A stretch of DNA of 64,000 bases from Candidatus Poribacteria bacterium (GTDB taxonomy: Bacteria > Poribacteria > WGA-4E > WGA-3G), in assembly GCA_022821065.1 (NCBI GenBank), contig JAJEEK010000017.1, positions 103 through 64,102 of the forward strand, given 5' to 3'. Within the stretch, counting starts at the first letter, position 1. Each line of letters starts with the position of its first letter. Of the stretch, positions 9,491 to 19,799 are shown one piece after another. The position numbers and the translations under genes are program-made. The notes under the pieces were generated by a model, which was not told the DNA's origin, did no database searches, and saw only the letters and a program-made list of their open reading frames with translations.

Positions 9491-11506
9491 TTAGCGGCGG
9501 TTCGCACTGGCAGTTTTCGTTTCTGCGGGGAATTGAATAATCTCGGACCCGCTATCGGTATCGGTATCGGTAATGAACGCTCGGTTCGGTTGATATGTCG
9601 GTACCAAGTCTTGGAATTTTGCGACGATACCGTCTGCATCGAGTCCATCTGCGAGGAGCGAGAGTTCTTCAATCTGTGAGAGGAGTAAACGTTCCTCAAT
9701 TTCTTCGAGTTGTGCCACGAAAATCCGCTGATGCTTCGTCGCCGTAACGCCTTCTTGCGGCGTGAGGAGTTCTTCGTACAATTTTTCGCCGGGTTCTAAA
9801 CCTGTGAATTCGATCTTGATGTCTCTATCGACCTCAAGTCCGGAGAGTCGGATGAGATCTTCAGCGAGGTCAAGGATTTTGATCGGTTCTCCCATATCTA
9901 ACATGAGAATCTCGCCGCCATTTCCCATAGCACCGGCTTGTATAAGGAGTTGGACTGCTTCTGGGATCGTCATAAAGTATCGGGTCGCTTCACGATGTGT
10001 AACGGTCACGGGACCGCCTTTAGCGATCTGGCGTTTGAAATTTGGCAGTACACTTGCGCGACTGCCGATAACATTTCCGAAACGGACGGCGATAAACCGC
10101 GTTCCGTTCTGTTTTGGTTTGCACTGGATCAATTTCTCGGTTACGCGTTTGGATGCGCCATAGACACTCGTCGGGTTCACGGCTTTATCAGAAGAAACGA
10201 GGATAAACGCCTCGACCTTGTGTTTGATTGCGGCATCAATAAGGTTCTGCGTGCCGAGGATATTGTTTTTGACGGCTTCATCGGGATGGTTCTCCATGAA
10301 TTTGACGTGCTTGTGTGCAGCAGCATGGAAGATAATGTGTGGTCGATACTTACGTATGATTTGGCTAACCTTGGCGTTATCTCGAATATCGCCGATAATC
10401 ACAGCGCGATTAAGTTCGGGTTCAGACTCCCGGAGTTCTATATCTGTGTGATAGAGGCTATTTTCACCACGTCCGAAGAGGATAAGGAGTTCGGGATCGA
10501 GTTTTGCCACCTGTCGGCAGAGTTCAGAACCGATGGAACCACCCGCACCGGTTACCATGACCCGTTTACCAGAGAGATATTTCGAGACTTCGGCGATGTC
10601 CATCTGTGAGGTAGATCGGTTTAGGAGGTCCTCGAATCGGACTTCCCGAATTTGATTGACACTGGCGCGTCCTTCAAGGATCGCGTGAATGTTCGGAACG
10701 ATTTTGAACTGACAGCCGCGATATTCGCACTGTCGGATAATCTCACGAATTTTTCCACCCGGTGCTGACGGAATCGCGATAACCACCTCGTCAACCGTCC
10801 GTTTATGGGCAATATATGTCAGGTCCCGTGTCGTACCGAGTACCTCAAGCCCGGCGACGGTTCTGCCGACCTTACGCGGGGAATCGTCAATGAACCCTAC
10901 GGGGATATAACCTTTTTCTGGGTGATTTCTGATTTCCCGGAGTACACCGATCCCTGTTTCGCCAGCACCGACAATGAGTACTTTGGTCGGCGGTTTTCGA
11001 GTGGGCAGAGACGATTGCGCGTTCGCGCCGTTTGCGTGCTTGGTTTTCCGTGGGCTTGTGTTGACACCCCGTCTATCTCGCTGAAGCAGTTGTGAGGAGA
11101 ACTTCGTAAATCCGATAAGCGCGAAGTTATAGAAGCCATCGATTAAGAATAACACCCAAGCAATTTTTAAGGGGATAGCGAGCGCGATAAGTCCGAAAGT
11201 CGCCAATACGGAGGCGGTCGCGAGTTTACGAAATTCTTGAACAGCGGCGTATTGCCACATCGGTTTGTATATATTGACACCCAATAAGAGACCGATGCGG
11301 ACAGTCGTGACGAGGGCGGCGATCCCTAAAAAATGCTGAAAGGGTGATATATCTGCGCTCTGTAGGACAGAAGAAAGCAATGTAGGTTGCGCTAATGGAT
11401 CGAAACCGAATTGCCGACTGGTTAAATAAGCAAATAAAAATGCGATATTGACAAGAAGTACATCAACAACAACTATGGGACTCCATTTTATTTTCGATTT
11501 ATCCAT
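9491..11506 (-). CDS. membrane-anchored NDP-sugar 4,6-dehydratase/epimerase (CapD/PglF/WbpM family)
   Basis: 4-TM N-terminus. Two Rossmann motifs (VLIVGAGETG; VMVTGAGGSIGSELCRQV). SDR catalytic YGASK. Confidence 0.9.
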   Translation of the reverse strand: MDKSKIKWSPIVVVDVLLVNIAFLFAYLTSRQFGFDPLAQPTLLSSVLQSADISPFQHFLGIAALVTTVRIGLLLGVNIYKPMWQYAAVQEFRKLATASVLATFGLIALAIPLKIAWVLFLIDGFYNFALIGFTKFSSQLLQRDRRGVNTSPRKTKHANGANAQSSLPTRKPPTKVLIVGAGETGIGVLREIRNHPEKGYIPVGFIDDSPRKVGRTVAGLEVLGTTRDLTYIAHKRTVDEVVIAIPSAPGGKIREIIRQCEYRGCQFKIVPNIHAILEGRASVNQIREVRFEDLLNRSTSQMDIAEVSKYLSGKRVMVTGAGGSIGSELCRQVAKLDPELLILFGRGENSLYHTDIELRESEPELNRAVIIGDIRDNAKVSQIIRKYRPHIIFHAAAHKHVKFMENHPDEAVKNNILGTQNLIDAAIKHKVEAFILVSSDKAVNPTSVYGASKRVTEKLIQCKPKQNGTRFIAVRFGNVIGSRASVLPNFKRQIAKGGPVTVTHREATRYFMTIPEAVQLLIQAGAMGNGGEILMLDMGEPIKILDLAEDLIRLSGLEVDRDIKIEFTGLEPGEKLYEELLTPQEGVTATKHQRIFVAQLEEIEERLLLSQIEELSLLADGLDADGIVAKFQDLVPTYQPNRAFITDTDTDSGSEIIQFPAETKTASANRR

Positions 11507-11546
11507 ATTCCCTCCACTTCGTTTTAGGCTAAGTTTTTGTTTTCAT

Positions 11547-12791
11547 TTACTGATTGCGTTCTGCTTTGTGTTTCGATGTATGGACTGCTTGTGTATAGAC
11601 ATCCTTCAAACGATCACCGACAGCCTCCCAACTGTAGTTCGCTTCAACACGGGATCTGGCAGTCTGTGCAAGCCTAACTCGCAAACGCTGGTTATCCAAT
11701 AGTTGATTCACACGCTCAGCGAAGTCTGCCGGTGTATCAGCAACGAGGAGTTCTTTACCGACATCGGCTTCTAAACCCATCGCGCCGACGGAAGTCGTGA
11801 CAACCGGTACTTGCATCGCCATTGCCTCTAAATTCTTTGTTTGTATGCCCGAACCGGCACGTAAAGGGGCGACAAAAACAGATGCCTTCTCAAAATAGGG
11901 ACGGACATCCGGCACATAACCGGTAACGACGACACCGTCCTGTGTTTCGAGCCGTTTCACCGCTTCCGATGGATGATTACCGACGACATAGAAAGTCGCG
12001 TCTGGGTGTCGTTCACGGATGCGTGGGAAAATCTCACTACAGAAATAGATCACGGCATCGGCGTTCGGAAAATAGTTCATTGTGCCAGTAAAGAGCAAAA
12101 CCGGTGCGGACACTACGCCTGCGTTCGGTTGAAAGTATTCGAGATCAACCCCCATCGGAACGATTGATAGGTCCAAGCGATCGTCTTGTTGCAGCAGATA
12201 GTCGCGGTCGAAACGTGCAACGACCGTGCCGCAATCGAAAGCCTTCATAATATCGACTTCGTAACGGCGAACCCGTTTTTCCTCCAATTTTACCAAGAAA
12301 CGCTTTGGCGTGCAATCTAATTTAATTTTTGCCAGCCAAGGATTGCTTTCCAGTTCAGCCCGACGGTTGAGATTCAGCGCCAACGAATCACACAAATCTA
12401 ACACTTTCGCGGGTCCCTGTACCTCTGCCACATATTGTCCCATCCGAAAGAGATGGGCATGAATCAGTTCAAACTGTCCTTGCGCGAGGATATCGTTAAT
12501 CTTTCGTTGCATCTGCGGTGCGTACCAGTAGTGCAGCTGGAGCGGACAGCGTGATAGGCAGTGGACCCCTGTATTCAAAAATGCGAAAGAACGACGAAAC
12601 CGCACCCATTCTACACGTTCACAAAAAGGCTTTAGATGTTTCGCTGATTCGATATCGGTTTCGGATTCAGCAAAATAAACGAGCGTTACGGCATGTTGTT
12701 TCGATAACTGCTTGATAAAATTATATGACCGGATCCGGTCGCCTCGGTGCGGTGGATACGGACATCGGAGGCTAAGAAATAAGATTTTCAT
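11547..12791 (-). CDS. glycosyltransferase, GT4 (GT-B fold)
   Basis: C-terminal GSGIQTKNLEAMAMQVPVVTTSVGA matches the GT4 E-x7-E region. 414 aa. Confidence 0.85.
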   Translation of the reverse strand: MKILFLSLRCPYPPHRGDRIRSYNFIKQLSKQHAVTLVYFAESETDIESAKHLKPFCERVEWVRFRRSFAFLNTGVHCLSRCPLQLHYWYAPQMQRKINDILAQGQFELIHAHLFRMGQYVAEVQGPAKVLDLCDSLALNLNRRAELESNPWLAKIKLDCTPKRFLVKLEEKRVRRYEVDIMKAFDCGTVVARFDRDYLLQQDDRLDLSIVPMGVDLEYFQPNAGVVSAPVLLFTGTMNYFPNADAVIYFCSEIFPRIRERHPDATFYVVGNHPSEAVKRLETQDGVVVTGYVPDVRPYFEKASVFVAPLRAGSGIQTKNLEAMAMQVPVVTTSVGAMGLEADVGKELLVADTPADFAERVNQLLDNQRLRVRLAQTARSRVEANYSWEAVGDRLKDVYTQAVHTSKHKAERNQ

Positions 12792-12814
12792 TCTTTTTAA
12801 CTATTAACATCTGG

Positions 12815-13045
12815 TCATCGTTCCACTTCATCGGGCAATTCGGCTTCATCAATGAGCATCACCGGAATCCCGTCTCGGATCGGGTAACGTCGCTGACACT
12901 CGCCGATACAGACGAGTTTCTGTGCCGTTTCATCGTGCTCTATTCCACCTTTACAGGCTGGGCATGCGAGGATGTCAAGTAAAGTTTTCGAGAGCGTATA
13001 CGCGTTTTCGGAATTCAAAGGTGTTCTCCTTATGCGCCGTGGCAT
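12815..13045 (-). CDS. Trm112-family small zinc-ribbon protein
   Basis: [14 protein letters not shown] ... [23 protein letters not shown]. The only in-frame start is ATG 13045, which overlaps the secA 3' end by 16 nt. Confidence 0.7.
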   Translation of the reverse strand: MPRRIRRTPLNSENAYTLSKTLLDILACPACKGGIEHDETAQKLVCIGECQRRYPIRDGIPVMLIDEAELPDEVER

Positions 13046-15849
13046 CGCTTATATTTTTTCCCGCTTCCGCAGGGACAGGGTGCATTTCTACCGACCTTCG
13101 GCACGTTCCCCATCGCTTGTTGCGAGGCGAATGCGGCATCGTCACTCGCAGCCATTGCATTATCTGCTTGCGCGCGTCTCGGTGGTTGCCTACGCGAACT
13201 GCCCGCTCGCCGCCCCGGCGTACGGCGTGGTGCTTGCGTGTTGACCTGAGATTTGAAGATGAATTCGCTCACCTCTTCCTCAATAGACTGATACATCGTT
13301 TCAAAAACCGCAAGTGCCTCGTTTTTGAAAACGACAACCGGGTCTTTGCCGCCGTATCCTGCGCCGAACCGGATACCTTCCTCAATGTAGTCGATATTAT
13401 AGAGGTGTTCCTTCCAGTGATCGTCAATCCTATCGAGCAGGAGTAGCCGTTCGAGAAGACGCATCATCTCTGGACCAAGTTCAGTTTCGCGTTTTTCATA
13501 AGCCTCGCGCAGTAATGTCAAGGTTTGCTCTTCAATTTCGTCTACATCCGCCTGTGCCAAAGGGGTCTTCCACGTCGGTACGACCGGAAATTTATTGATT
13601 AACCACTGTTCAAACCTATCTGGTGTTTCAAAGGTATTCCCTTTCCCCTCCGGTATATTGTCGTCGATAGCATCTTGAACGACGCGTTCAATCATCTGCC
13701 AAATTGTTGTTTTGAGGGTTGCAGGTGCTCTGCCTCCCTTTTCAGCGAGTGCTGCGAGTCCTACTTCTTCGGGAACGTTCTCGTTTTCTGATGATTCGGA
13801 TGCCTCTTCGTCTTCAGCCAAGATTGACATGTCGGTCGCGGAGGCTAAAACGGTATCGCGTAAGGTATATATGGTGTCGCGCTGTGAATCCATGACATCG
13901 TCGAACTTAAGTAGGTTTTTACGAATTTCAAAGTGCATCTGCTCGACACGTGTCTGTGCCTTTTCAATGGATTTGGTAACCCACGGATGCTCTAACGGTA
14001 TTTCTTCTTCCATTCCGACGCGTGTCATCAATCCTTGCAAACGTTCGGAACCGAATTTACGCATCAATTCGTCTTCGAGGGAGAGGTAGAACCGAGATGA
14101 ACCCGGGTCGCCCTGTCTACCGGCACGTCCACGGAGCTGGTTATCAATACGCCGCGACTCGTGTCGTTCTGTGCCGACAATATGGAGTCCGCCCGCCCTT
14201 AATACCTTCTTTTTGTTTTCGTCACAAACCCCCTCAGCTTTTTTGAACGCTGTCTGATACGCTTCGGATTCTATGTGCAGTTCGTCCACTTTAGCGTTCT
14301 GTTTTCGGAGCGTATCCTTCGCTAAGCCTTCTGGATTGCCACCGAGAAGGATGTCCACCCCACGTCCTGCCATATTCGTCGCGATTGTCACAGTGCCGGG
14401 GACACCTGCCTGTGCGATGATATCGGCTTCGTGTGCGTGCTCTTTGGCGTTTAAAACTTGATGCTTGATGTCCCGATGCTTCGCTTTCAGCATTTTACTC
14501 AATTTCTCAGAGCTTTCAATGGAAGCTGTACCGACAAGGACGGGTCGTCCTTTCTCGTGCTGTTCAGCGATGTCTGCTAAGACGGCGTTATATTTCGCTT
14601 CTTCGGTGGCATAAATCTGGTCGGCATTATCCATCCGGATCATCGGTTCATTGGTGGGGATAACGGAAACTTCTAACCCATAGATATGTGCGAACTCGTT
14701 TGCCTCAGTGGCGGCGGTACCTGTCATACCGGAGAGTTTATCGTACATACGGAAGTAGTTCTGATAGGTAACCTTAGCACCGGTCTGGCTTTCCTGAACG
14801 ATTTTGACGCGCTCCTTCGCCTCAATCGCTTGGTGCAGCCCCTCACTCAAGCGTCTACCGATCTGTTTTCGTCCTGTGAATTCATCAACGAGGAGGACTT
14901 CACCGTTCTCAACGAGGTAATCGACATCGCGTTTGTAGAGCTGGTGTGCGGTGAGTGCTTGGTTGACGTGGTGTACCATGGCGACATTGGTATGTTCATA
15001 GAGGTTACCGACTCCGAGCCGACGTTCGACCTCTTCAACGCCTTCGTCGGTGAGGGTGACGCTGCCGCGGGATTTTCCTTGCTGATCTATCTTGAAATGT
15101 TCGTCTTCTTTGAGTTGTGTGACAACGCTGTTGACTTGCTTGTAGAGTTCGGCGGGTTTACCGGAGGGTTCTGAGATAATGAGCGGCGTCCGTGCCTCGT
15201 CAATGAGGATACTATCGACTTCATCAAGGATTGCATAGACGTGTCCGCGTTGGACTTTTGCCTCAAGCGAGAGTGCTTTGTTATCCCAGAGGTAGTCGAA
15301 CCCAAATTCGCTGTGAACGCCGTAGGTGATGTCTGACTTGTATCCGAGTCTTTTCTGTTCGTGGGGCATCAGACTGAGCGTGAGTCCAACAGAGAGTCCG
15401 AGGAAGTTGTAGACTTTTCCCATCCATTCTGCATCCCGACGTGCGAGGTAGTCGTTAACGGTGGCGACGTGGACCCCTTTTCCGGTGAGTGCGTTGAGAT
15501 AGACAGCGAGGGTTGATGTGAGTGTTTTTCCTTCACCGGTCCGCATCTCTGCGATGGCCCCTTGATGGAGCGCGGCGGCACCCATAATTTGGACATCGTA
15601 GTGTCGCTGTTTGAGTGTCCGGACAGCTGCTTCTCGGACGACAGCGAACGCGTCTGGTAGGAGTTCATCGAGCGATACCCCGGCATCTAACTGTTGGCGA
15701 AATTCTGGTGTTTTGGATTGTAGTTGCGCGTCTGTGAGTTTTTGGACAGCTGGTTCGCGTTGGTTGACCGCTTCAACGATGTCCCGAAACTTTTTGACAT
15801 CCCTGTCTTCTTTGCTCCCGAAGACTTTTGTTAGCATTTTTTGGAACAT
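13030..15849 (-). CDS. secA: preprotein translocase ATPase SecA
   Basis: 939 aa. Canonical N-terminus [24 protein letters not shown]-like motor motifs and C-terminal zinc finger [14 protein letters not shown]. Confidence 0.97.
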   Translation of the reverse strand: MFQKMLTKVFGSKEDRDVKKFRDIVEAVNQREPAVQKLTDAQLQSKTPEFRQQLDAGVSLDELLPDAFAVVREAAVRTLKQRHYDVQIMGAAALHQGAIAEMRTGEGKTLTSTLAVYLNALTGKGVHVATVNDYLARRDAEWMGKVYNFLGLSVGLTLSLMPHEQKRLGYKSDITYGVHSEFGFDYLWDNKALSLEAKVQRGHVYAILDEVDSILIDEARTPLIISEPSGKPAELYKQVNSVVTQLKEDEHFKIDQQGKSRGSVTLTDEGVEEVERRLGVGNLYEHTNVAMVHHVNQALTAHQLYKRDVDYLVENGEVLLVDEFTGRKQIGRRLSEGLHQAIEAKERVKIVQESQTGAKVTYQNYFRMYDKLSGMTGTAATEANEFAHIYGLEVSVIPTNEPMIRMDNADQIYATEEAKYNAVLADIAEQHEKGRPVLVGTASIESSEKLSKMLKAKHRDIKHQVLNAKEHAHEADIIAQAGVPGTVTIATNMAGRGVDILLGGNPEGLAKDTLRKQNAKVDELHIESEAYQTAFKKAEGVCDENKKKVLRAGGLHIVGTERHESRRIDNQLRGRAGRQGDPGSSRFYLSLEDELMRKFGSERLQGLMTRVGMEEEIPLEHPWVTKSIEKAQTRVEQMHFEIRKNLLKFDDVMDSQRDTIYTLRDTVLASATDMSILAEDEEASESSENENVPEEVGLAALAEKGGRAPATLKTTIWQMIERVVQDAIDDNIPEGKGNTFETPDRFEQWLINKFPVVPTWKTPLAQADVDEIEEQTLTLLREAYEKRETELGPEMMRLLERLLLLDRIDDHWKEHLYNIDYIEEGIRFGAGYGGKDPVVVFKNEALAVFETMYQSIEEEVSEFIFKSQVNTQAPRRTPGRRAGSSRRQPPRRAQADNAMAASDDAAFASQQAMGNVPKVGRNAPCPCGSGKKYKRCHGA

Positions 15850-15860
15850 TTTTAAATTTT

Positions 15861-16038
15861 CCTTGCGGTGCGGTTAGGTTCGCTGGTGCTTGAAATTCTT
15901 TCTGCGTATATCTAAAGAAACGCCCAAGCAAAAACCCTTCCACTTCGTTTCAGGCTACGTGCTTTTTTTAACTCGGAATTGATTTCCATGCGGTGCGGTT
16001 AGGTCCTTTGGAACTTGAAAGTCTTTCTCCGTATATCC
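15861..16038. repeat. pair of ~52-bp direct repeats upstream of secA
   Basis: 15861-15912 and 15986-16038 share TGCGGTGCGGTTAGGT...CTTGAAA.TCTTTCT.CGTATATC. The spacer carries GAAACGCCCAAGCAAAAACCC, whose reverse complement recurs at 29354-29380. Confidence 0.6.
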
Positions 16039-16054
16039 AGCCTCATTAAACCCT

Positions 16055-17188
16055 TTACTGGGGCTCCGATTCAGGTGCTACATCCGGTGTCTCGATTTCT
16101 CCGATGTCGGACGGTTCTAACAAGTTATGTCCGTCAAGTTTCTTACGCAAAACCAAATAGACGATTGTGTTTCCGGCGGAAGCGATTGAAAAGAGGTAGG
16201 CAATCACGAGTCCGACTGTCATCACTATCGTAAGTGTGAGAAAGATAGCGGTTACCGTTGTCGCGAAAGCGGATGCCTCTTTCATGGCGATACCGATGTT
16301 AAAAACACCGAATATGTTAGCATAAGGTAGCATCGTTATCTTTTCGATGGCACCACCGAGCCATAAGTTTGCACACGCCGTGATATGCTCCATTTCTGCA
16401 GCGTGTAGAAACGACATCGGAAGCATAACGATCGAAAAACCAGCAAGGCAAAAAAGAGCCCAGATGGGTACAAAGATGAGTTTCATCAGAAACAACATCA
16501 TTTCATAACACACCGTGCGCCACGGTTGGTTCCAAACGATGGCAAATTGCTGGTAGATAGTTTCAAACGCGTCGGCACCGGTCGTCGCGACCACAGCCGG
16601 TACAAAGAGCAGGCTCACCGCGAAAACGATAGCAATCAACGCCATCAGCACGCCGAGAAAAAAGCCGATTGGCATGAACAACGAACTGATCGTTAGGAAC
16701 GGTTTTCCAATGACCGGTAATTTTCCGAGTCCTGCGATGCCCAACGGTATTAAGGCAAGAAATATCTGTATGAGGAGCAGCCCGATGAACGCACCGAAAA
16801 CAGATTTCCAATGCCTTTTGAGAAAAGTTACTGCGTCGCCGACCGAGAAGAAGAAGTCCCCGCGGAGTTGCTCAATGGTAATTTTGGAAGCCACAGTGCT
16901 CGCTAAGAAGAATATACACGCGAAGCAGATCACTCCTATCCACATTGCAATCTCAGTTATCTGTGTGAGTCCGGTATCACTGAAGGGGAGAACGGGTAGG
17001 AGTCCATATTTATCCCAAAAGTCCTGAGCGGTCGTGTTACCTACAACGAAGAGACTGAGATATACCAAGAATTGATAGATCAGATATGCGAGGACGAGTC
17101 CAATGAAATGGACAGCAATTTTTCGTCCACTGAATCCGTAGCGGATCGCTTGGCAAATATCCCTGAAATCGAAGTAGCGTTTTTCCAT
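16055..17188 (-). CDS. polytopic membrane protein, unknown function
   Basis: 377 aa with about 8-9 hydrophobic helices and an acidic C-terminal tail. No recognisable motif. Confidence 0.7.
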   Translation of the reverse strand: MEKRYFDFRDICQAIRYGFSGRKIAVHFIGLVLAYLIYQFLVYLSLFVVGNTTAQDFWDKYGLLPVLPFSDTGLTQITEIAMWIGVICFACIFFLASTVASKITIEQLRGDFFFSVGDAVTFLKRHWKSVFGAFIGLLLIQIFLALIPLGIAGLGKLPVIGKPFLTISSLFMPIGFFLGVLMALIAIVFAVSLLFVPAVVATTGADAFETIYQQFAIVWNQPWRTVCYEMMLFLMKLIFVPIWALFCLAGFSIVMLPMSFLHAAEMEHITACANLWLGGAIEKITMLPYANIFGVFNIGIAMKEASAFATTVTAIFLTLTIVMTVGLVIAYLFSIASAGNTIVYLVLRKKLDGHNLLEPSDIGEIETPDVAPESEPQ

Positions 17189-17469
17189 GAAGGGTTCTTC
17201 TGCTTTTTTACAAGTGTCCGTACATTAAATGATACTACAATTTACACGATTTTGTCAAGTGTTTATTTGGCTTTTGGCTATCAGCAGTCAGCAGTCAGCA
17301 AAGAGGGGAAGTGGCAATCAGCAAAGAGGGGCGTTCGCTGCGCTCACTGTCGGTTTCCGTCGGTAAAGAGGCGTTAGGTTAGCACAATGTTTCTTACCGA
17401 CAGCCTCTTAGCCAATAGCCATCAGCAGATAATTTTATGGGTTCGGTGGCACTCGGACAAGTGGATCGC

Positions 17470-18183
17470 TTAGTCGTTTTGGATGAAGCCGTAGACCGGG
17501 AGCGTCAATGTTCGCTCGTTAGGGAATGCAAGGGTGAGTAGCGATGCGAAGCGTCCACGCGCTTTCGGTGAACGGAGCTGGATAGTGATAAGGCGTGAGG
17601 TGTCTGTGTCGGGGTCAGGCGTCATCTGCCACGTCAACACTGATTGGTTTGACGGCAGGAGACGGATGCCGGATGCGTCGAGCGGTGCGTTCAGGGAGAG
17701 TGTGAGTTCCTTTTGATACGTCGTTTCGGGACGGATATTGCCGAAGTCGCAGGTATTTGGATTGAGCGTCGCGAACCGTTTTGCGGCGGCGACTATTGTT
17801 AGATTAACACTTGCGGTGTTTGGATTGTCGGTGAAAATCGTCGCTGTCGCTGTGGTTTCATCGATAGGAAGTGTTTCGGGGTCAATGACGATATGGAAGG
17901 TTGCCTCCTCGTTCGGTCGGATCTGTTCCGGTGCTGTGATTTTGGCGTAGCTGCAACCTGTATGGACGTTTAGGATACGAAGCGTGTTTTTACCGGTATT
18001 CCGTGCTGTTACGGTGCGTGTTACGGTGCCCTCCCATTCTGGAAGGGTTCCGAAGTCAATCCGTTGCTGTGCGAGGATTAAGGTGGCTGCGGGTCCTCGC
18101 GGGTTGTTGATGAGAACGATGATTAACCCAGAAATCAGCAGGACGGGAATAACGATGAGTGTGAGGATTTTGCGTTTGGACAT
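17470..18183 (-). CDS. membrane-anchored protein with two DUF1573-like (Ig/ASH-like) domains
   Basis: FGTLPEWEGTVTRTVTARNTGKNTLRILNVHTGCSYAKI resembles the DUF1573 core. Start trimmed to ATG 18183 (MSKRKILTLIVIPVLL...), 4 nt after the upstream stop. Confidence 0.55.
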   Translation of the reverse strand: MSKRKILTLIVIPVLLISGLIIVLINNPRGPAATLILAQQRIDFGTLPEWEGTVTRTVTARNTGKNTLRILNVHTGCSYAKITAPEQIRPNEEATFHIVIDPETLPIDETTATATIFTDNPNTASVNLTIVAAAKRFATLNPNTCDFGNIRPETTYQKELTLSLNAPLDASGIRLLPSNQSVLTWQMTPDPDTDTSRLITIQLRSPKARGRFASLLTLAFPNERTLTLPVYGFIQND

Positions 18184-18187
18184 GATT

Positions 18188-18967
18188 TTATTCGGTAGTT
18201 GATGATGGATTCTGTTCTGATTCCTTTTGAGATAGGGATGCAAGTTGAATAAGTCTGCCTCTAATAACGTATGGGCCTTCTTTAGGGTCTTTATCCGGGA
18301 ACCGAACAAAAAGGAGGTCTTGATCCTTGCATCTTAGATATTCAATAAATTTCTGGATCTCATCAAATGGGGCTTCCGTTTGTAGCAATTCTTTGAGTTT
18401 ATTTTCATCTTCCTCGTCGAGTGGATCGGGGTCCTCAAGTCCGCCCCAATAGTGTCCTGAGAGTCCGACAGTCTGAAACAACTCTTCTTCCTTTTCGAGT
18501 TCGTCGAATGGGATTGCGTCGATAGTGTTTCTGATGGTTTGGATAATTTTGAGCATTGTCGGCATGAGTTGTCGCGCTTTGTCTGGGTCGGCGTTTTCAA
18601 GTTGTTCGGTACATTTTTGATAGAGGGTGTCGAGTTCTCTGACGACGTTTCGAGGGTGGCGGAGGTAACTATCGCTGTAGGTTTTGAGGTATAGTTGCTT
18701 GTGGGTCTCAAAGTGTTCTTTGAATTTTTCGGGCATCTTCCCGTTTTTGGGATTGAGTACCCAGAAGTTATGGGAGAGGTAGCGTCGGATTTCGCCTTCG
18801 CCATGTTTTTCTATGTCGGCGGCGAGTTCGGTTTTGAATTGCGCCATGACAGCGGTGACGACATCGGTCGGTTTCATGAACTCGGCGAATTGGCAGACAG
18901 CGAATTCTTTGTGTCGCGTTGAGAGTCTGAATTTGAGGTCTTTCCGTTTTAGCACAACCGCCTCCAT
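18188..18967 (-). CDS. hypothetical protein; the N-terminal half resembles DUF2280 (phage terminase-small-subunit-like DNA-binding module)
   Basis: LSTRHKEFAVCQFAEFMKPTDVVTAVMAQF ... NPKNGKMPEKFKEHFETHKQLYL ... RNVVRELDTLYQK follows the DUF2280 pattern as I remember it. Not verified. Confidence 0.5.
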   Translation of the reverse strand: MEAVVLKRKDLKFRLSTRHKEFAVCQFAEFMKPTDVVTAVMAQFKTELAADIEKHGEGEIRRYLSHNFWVLNPKNGKMPEKFKEHFETHKQLYLKTYSDSYLRHPRNVVRELDTLYQKCTEQLENADPDKARQLMPTMLKIIQTIRNTIDAIPFDELEKEEELFQTVGLSGHYWGGLEDPDPLDEEDENKLKELLQTEAPFDEIQKFIEYLRCKDQDLLFVRFPDKDPKEGPYVIRGRLIQLASLSQKESEQNPSSTTE

Positions 18968-19006
18968 GTATCATCATTTAACGGCTTGTTAACTTTTTTC
19001 GGATTT

Positions 19007-19411
19007 GTGGACAATTGGTTCTAAAGGGTGAATTTATGAACATTTCGTGAACACGACACGGAATTTCGTGAACATTTGTGAACTGTTCGATTTCTATCTT
19101 CATAGCGTAATCGGTTACGAACCCTTGTATTATCTGTGTTTATGATGGAAATAGTGGCTACGCATGATGGATTTTCTGTTGCGATGTTCATGAATGTTCA
19201 CGGAATTGTTCACGATTCTTTTTCTGCTCTGTAAAAGGTATAAACTTAGTTAGAACGTTGGTTGATGGTGTTTTTGAATTCCAGGTGTCCGTAATTTTCG
19301 TGAACAATTGGGCAATTTTATTTTTGTTCGTTTCTCTCTGTAGTGCCTCGGATGTAGTGTATCATTGGTCTTGTGGCGTTAGTGGATATGGTCTGTTTTT
19401 AAGTTGTTCAT
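19007..19411. promoter_or_regulatory. array of GTGAACA / TGTTCAC heptamers (candidate operator, iteron or centromere-like sites)
   Basis: Forward copies at 19036, 19047, 19068, 19078 and 19300. Reverse copies at 19185, 19195, 19207 and 19405. Degenerate GTGGACA at 19007. Extended consensus ATTTCGTGAACA. Confidence 0.5.
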
Positions 19412-19452
19412 AAAATGCTAATTTCATCGGTTAACGTTTGTTAATTTTTAGT

Positions 19453-19574
19453 TAGGACTTACGCACGCTGCTATTTTGTAGCACAAACTTCATAGTTTGT
19501 GACACAAGAACGCTGTGTTTTCGGAGAAATCTCATCTAACAGGACGGTTTACAGTCAAAATTGCGTAAGTCCTG
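19453..19574 (+). mobile_element. MITE-1 copy A
   Basis: Termini AGGACTTACGCA / TGCGTAAGTCCT. Internal hairpin CACAAACT-tcat-AGTTTGTG. Flanking 5-bp duplication TTAGT (19448-52 and 19575-79). Confidence 0.8.
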
Positions 19575-19799
19575 TTAGTGATGGATAGATCGTCTTATGG
19601 ACAGTTCATTTTCAACTGATATTACATTATGTATGATAAGATACATATATGATAACATATTTGATTTGGGATGTCAAATTATTTTTTATCTGAATCAGGG
19701 TTTTGGGATTTTCGGAATTTTGCTAATGAACGGTTAGTCGTCAGAACTGGGATTTGTGGGATTATAGGGTGGGCGAATGAAAGAAGGGAAGCGGGTTAC

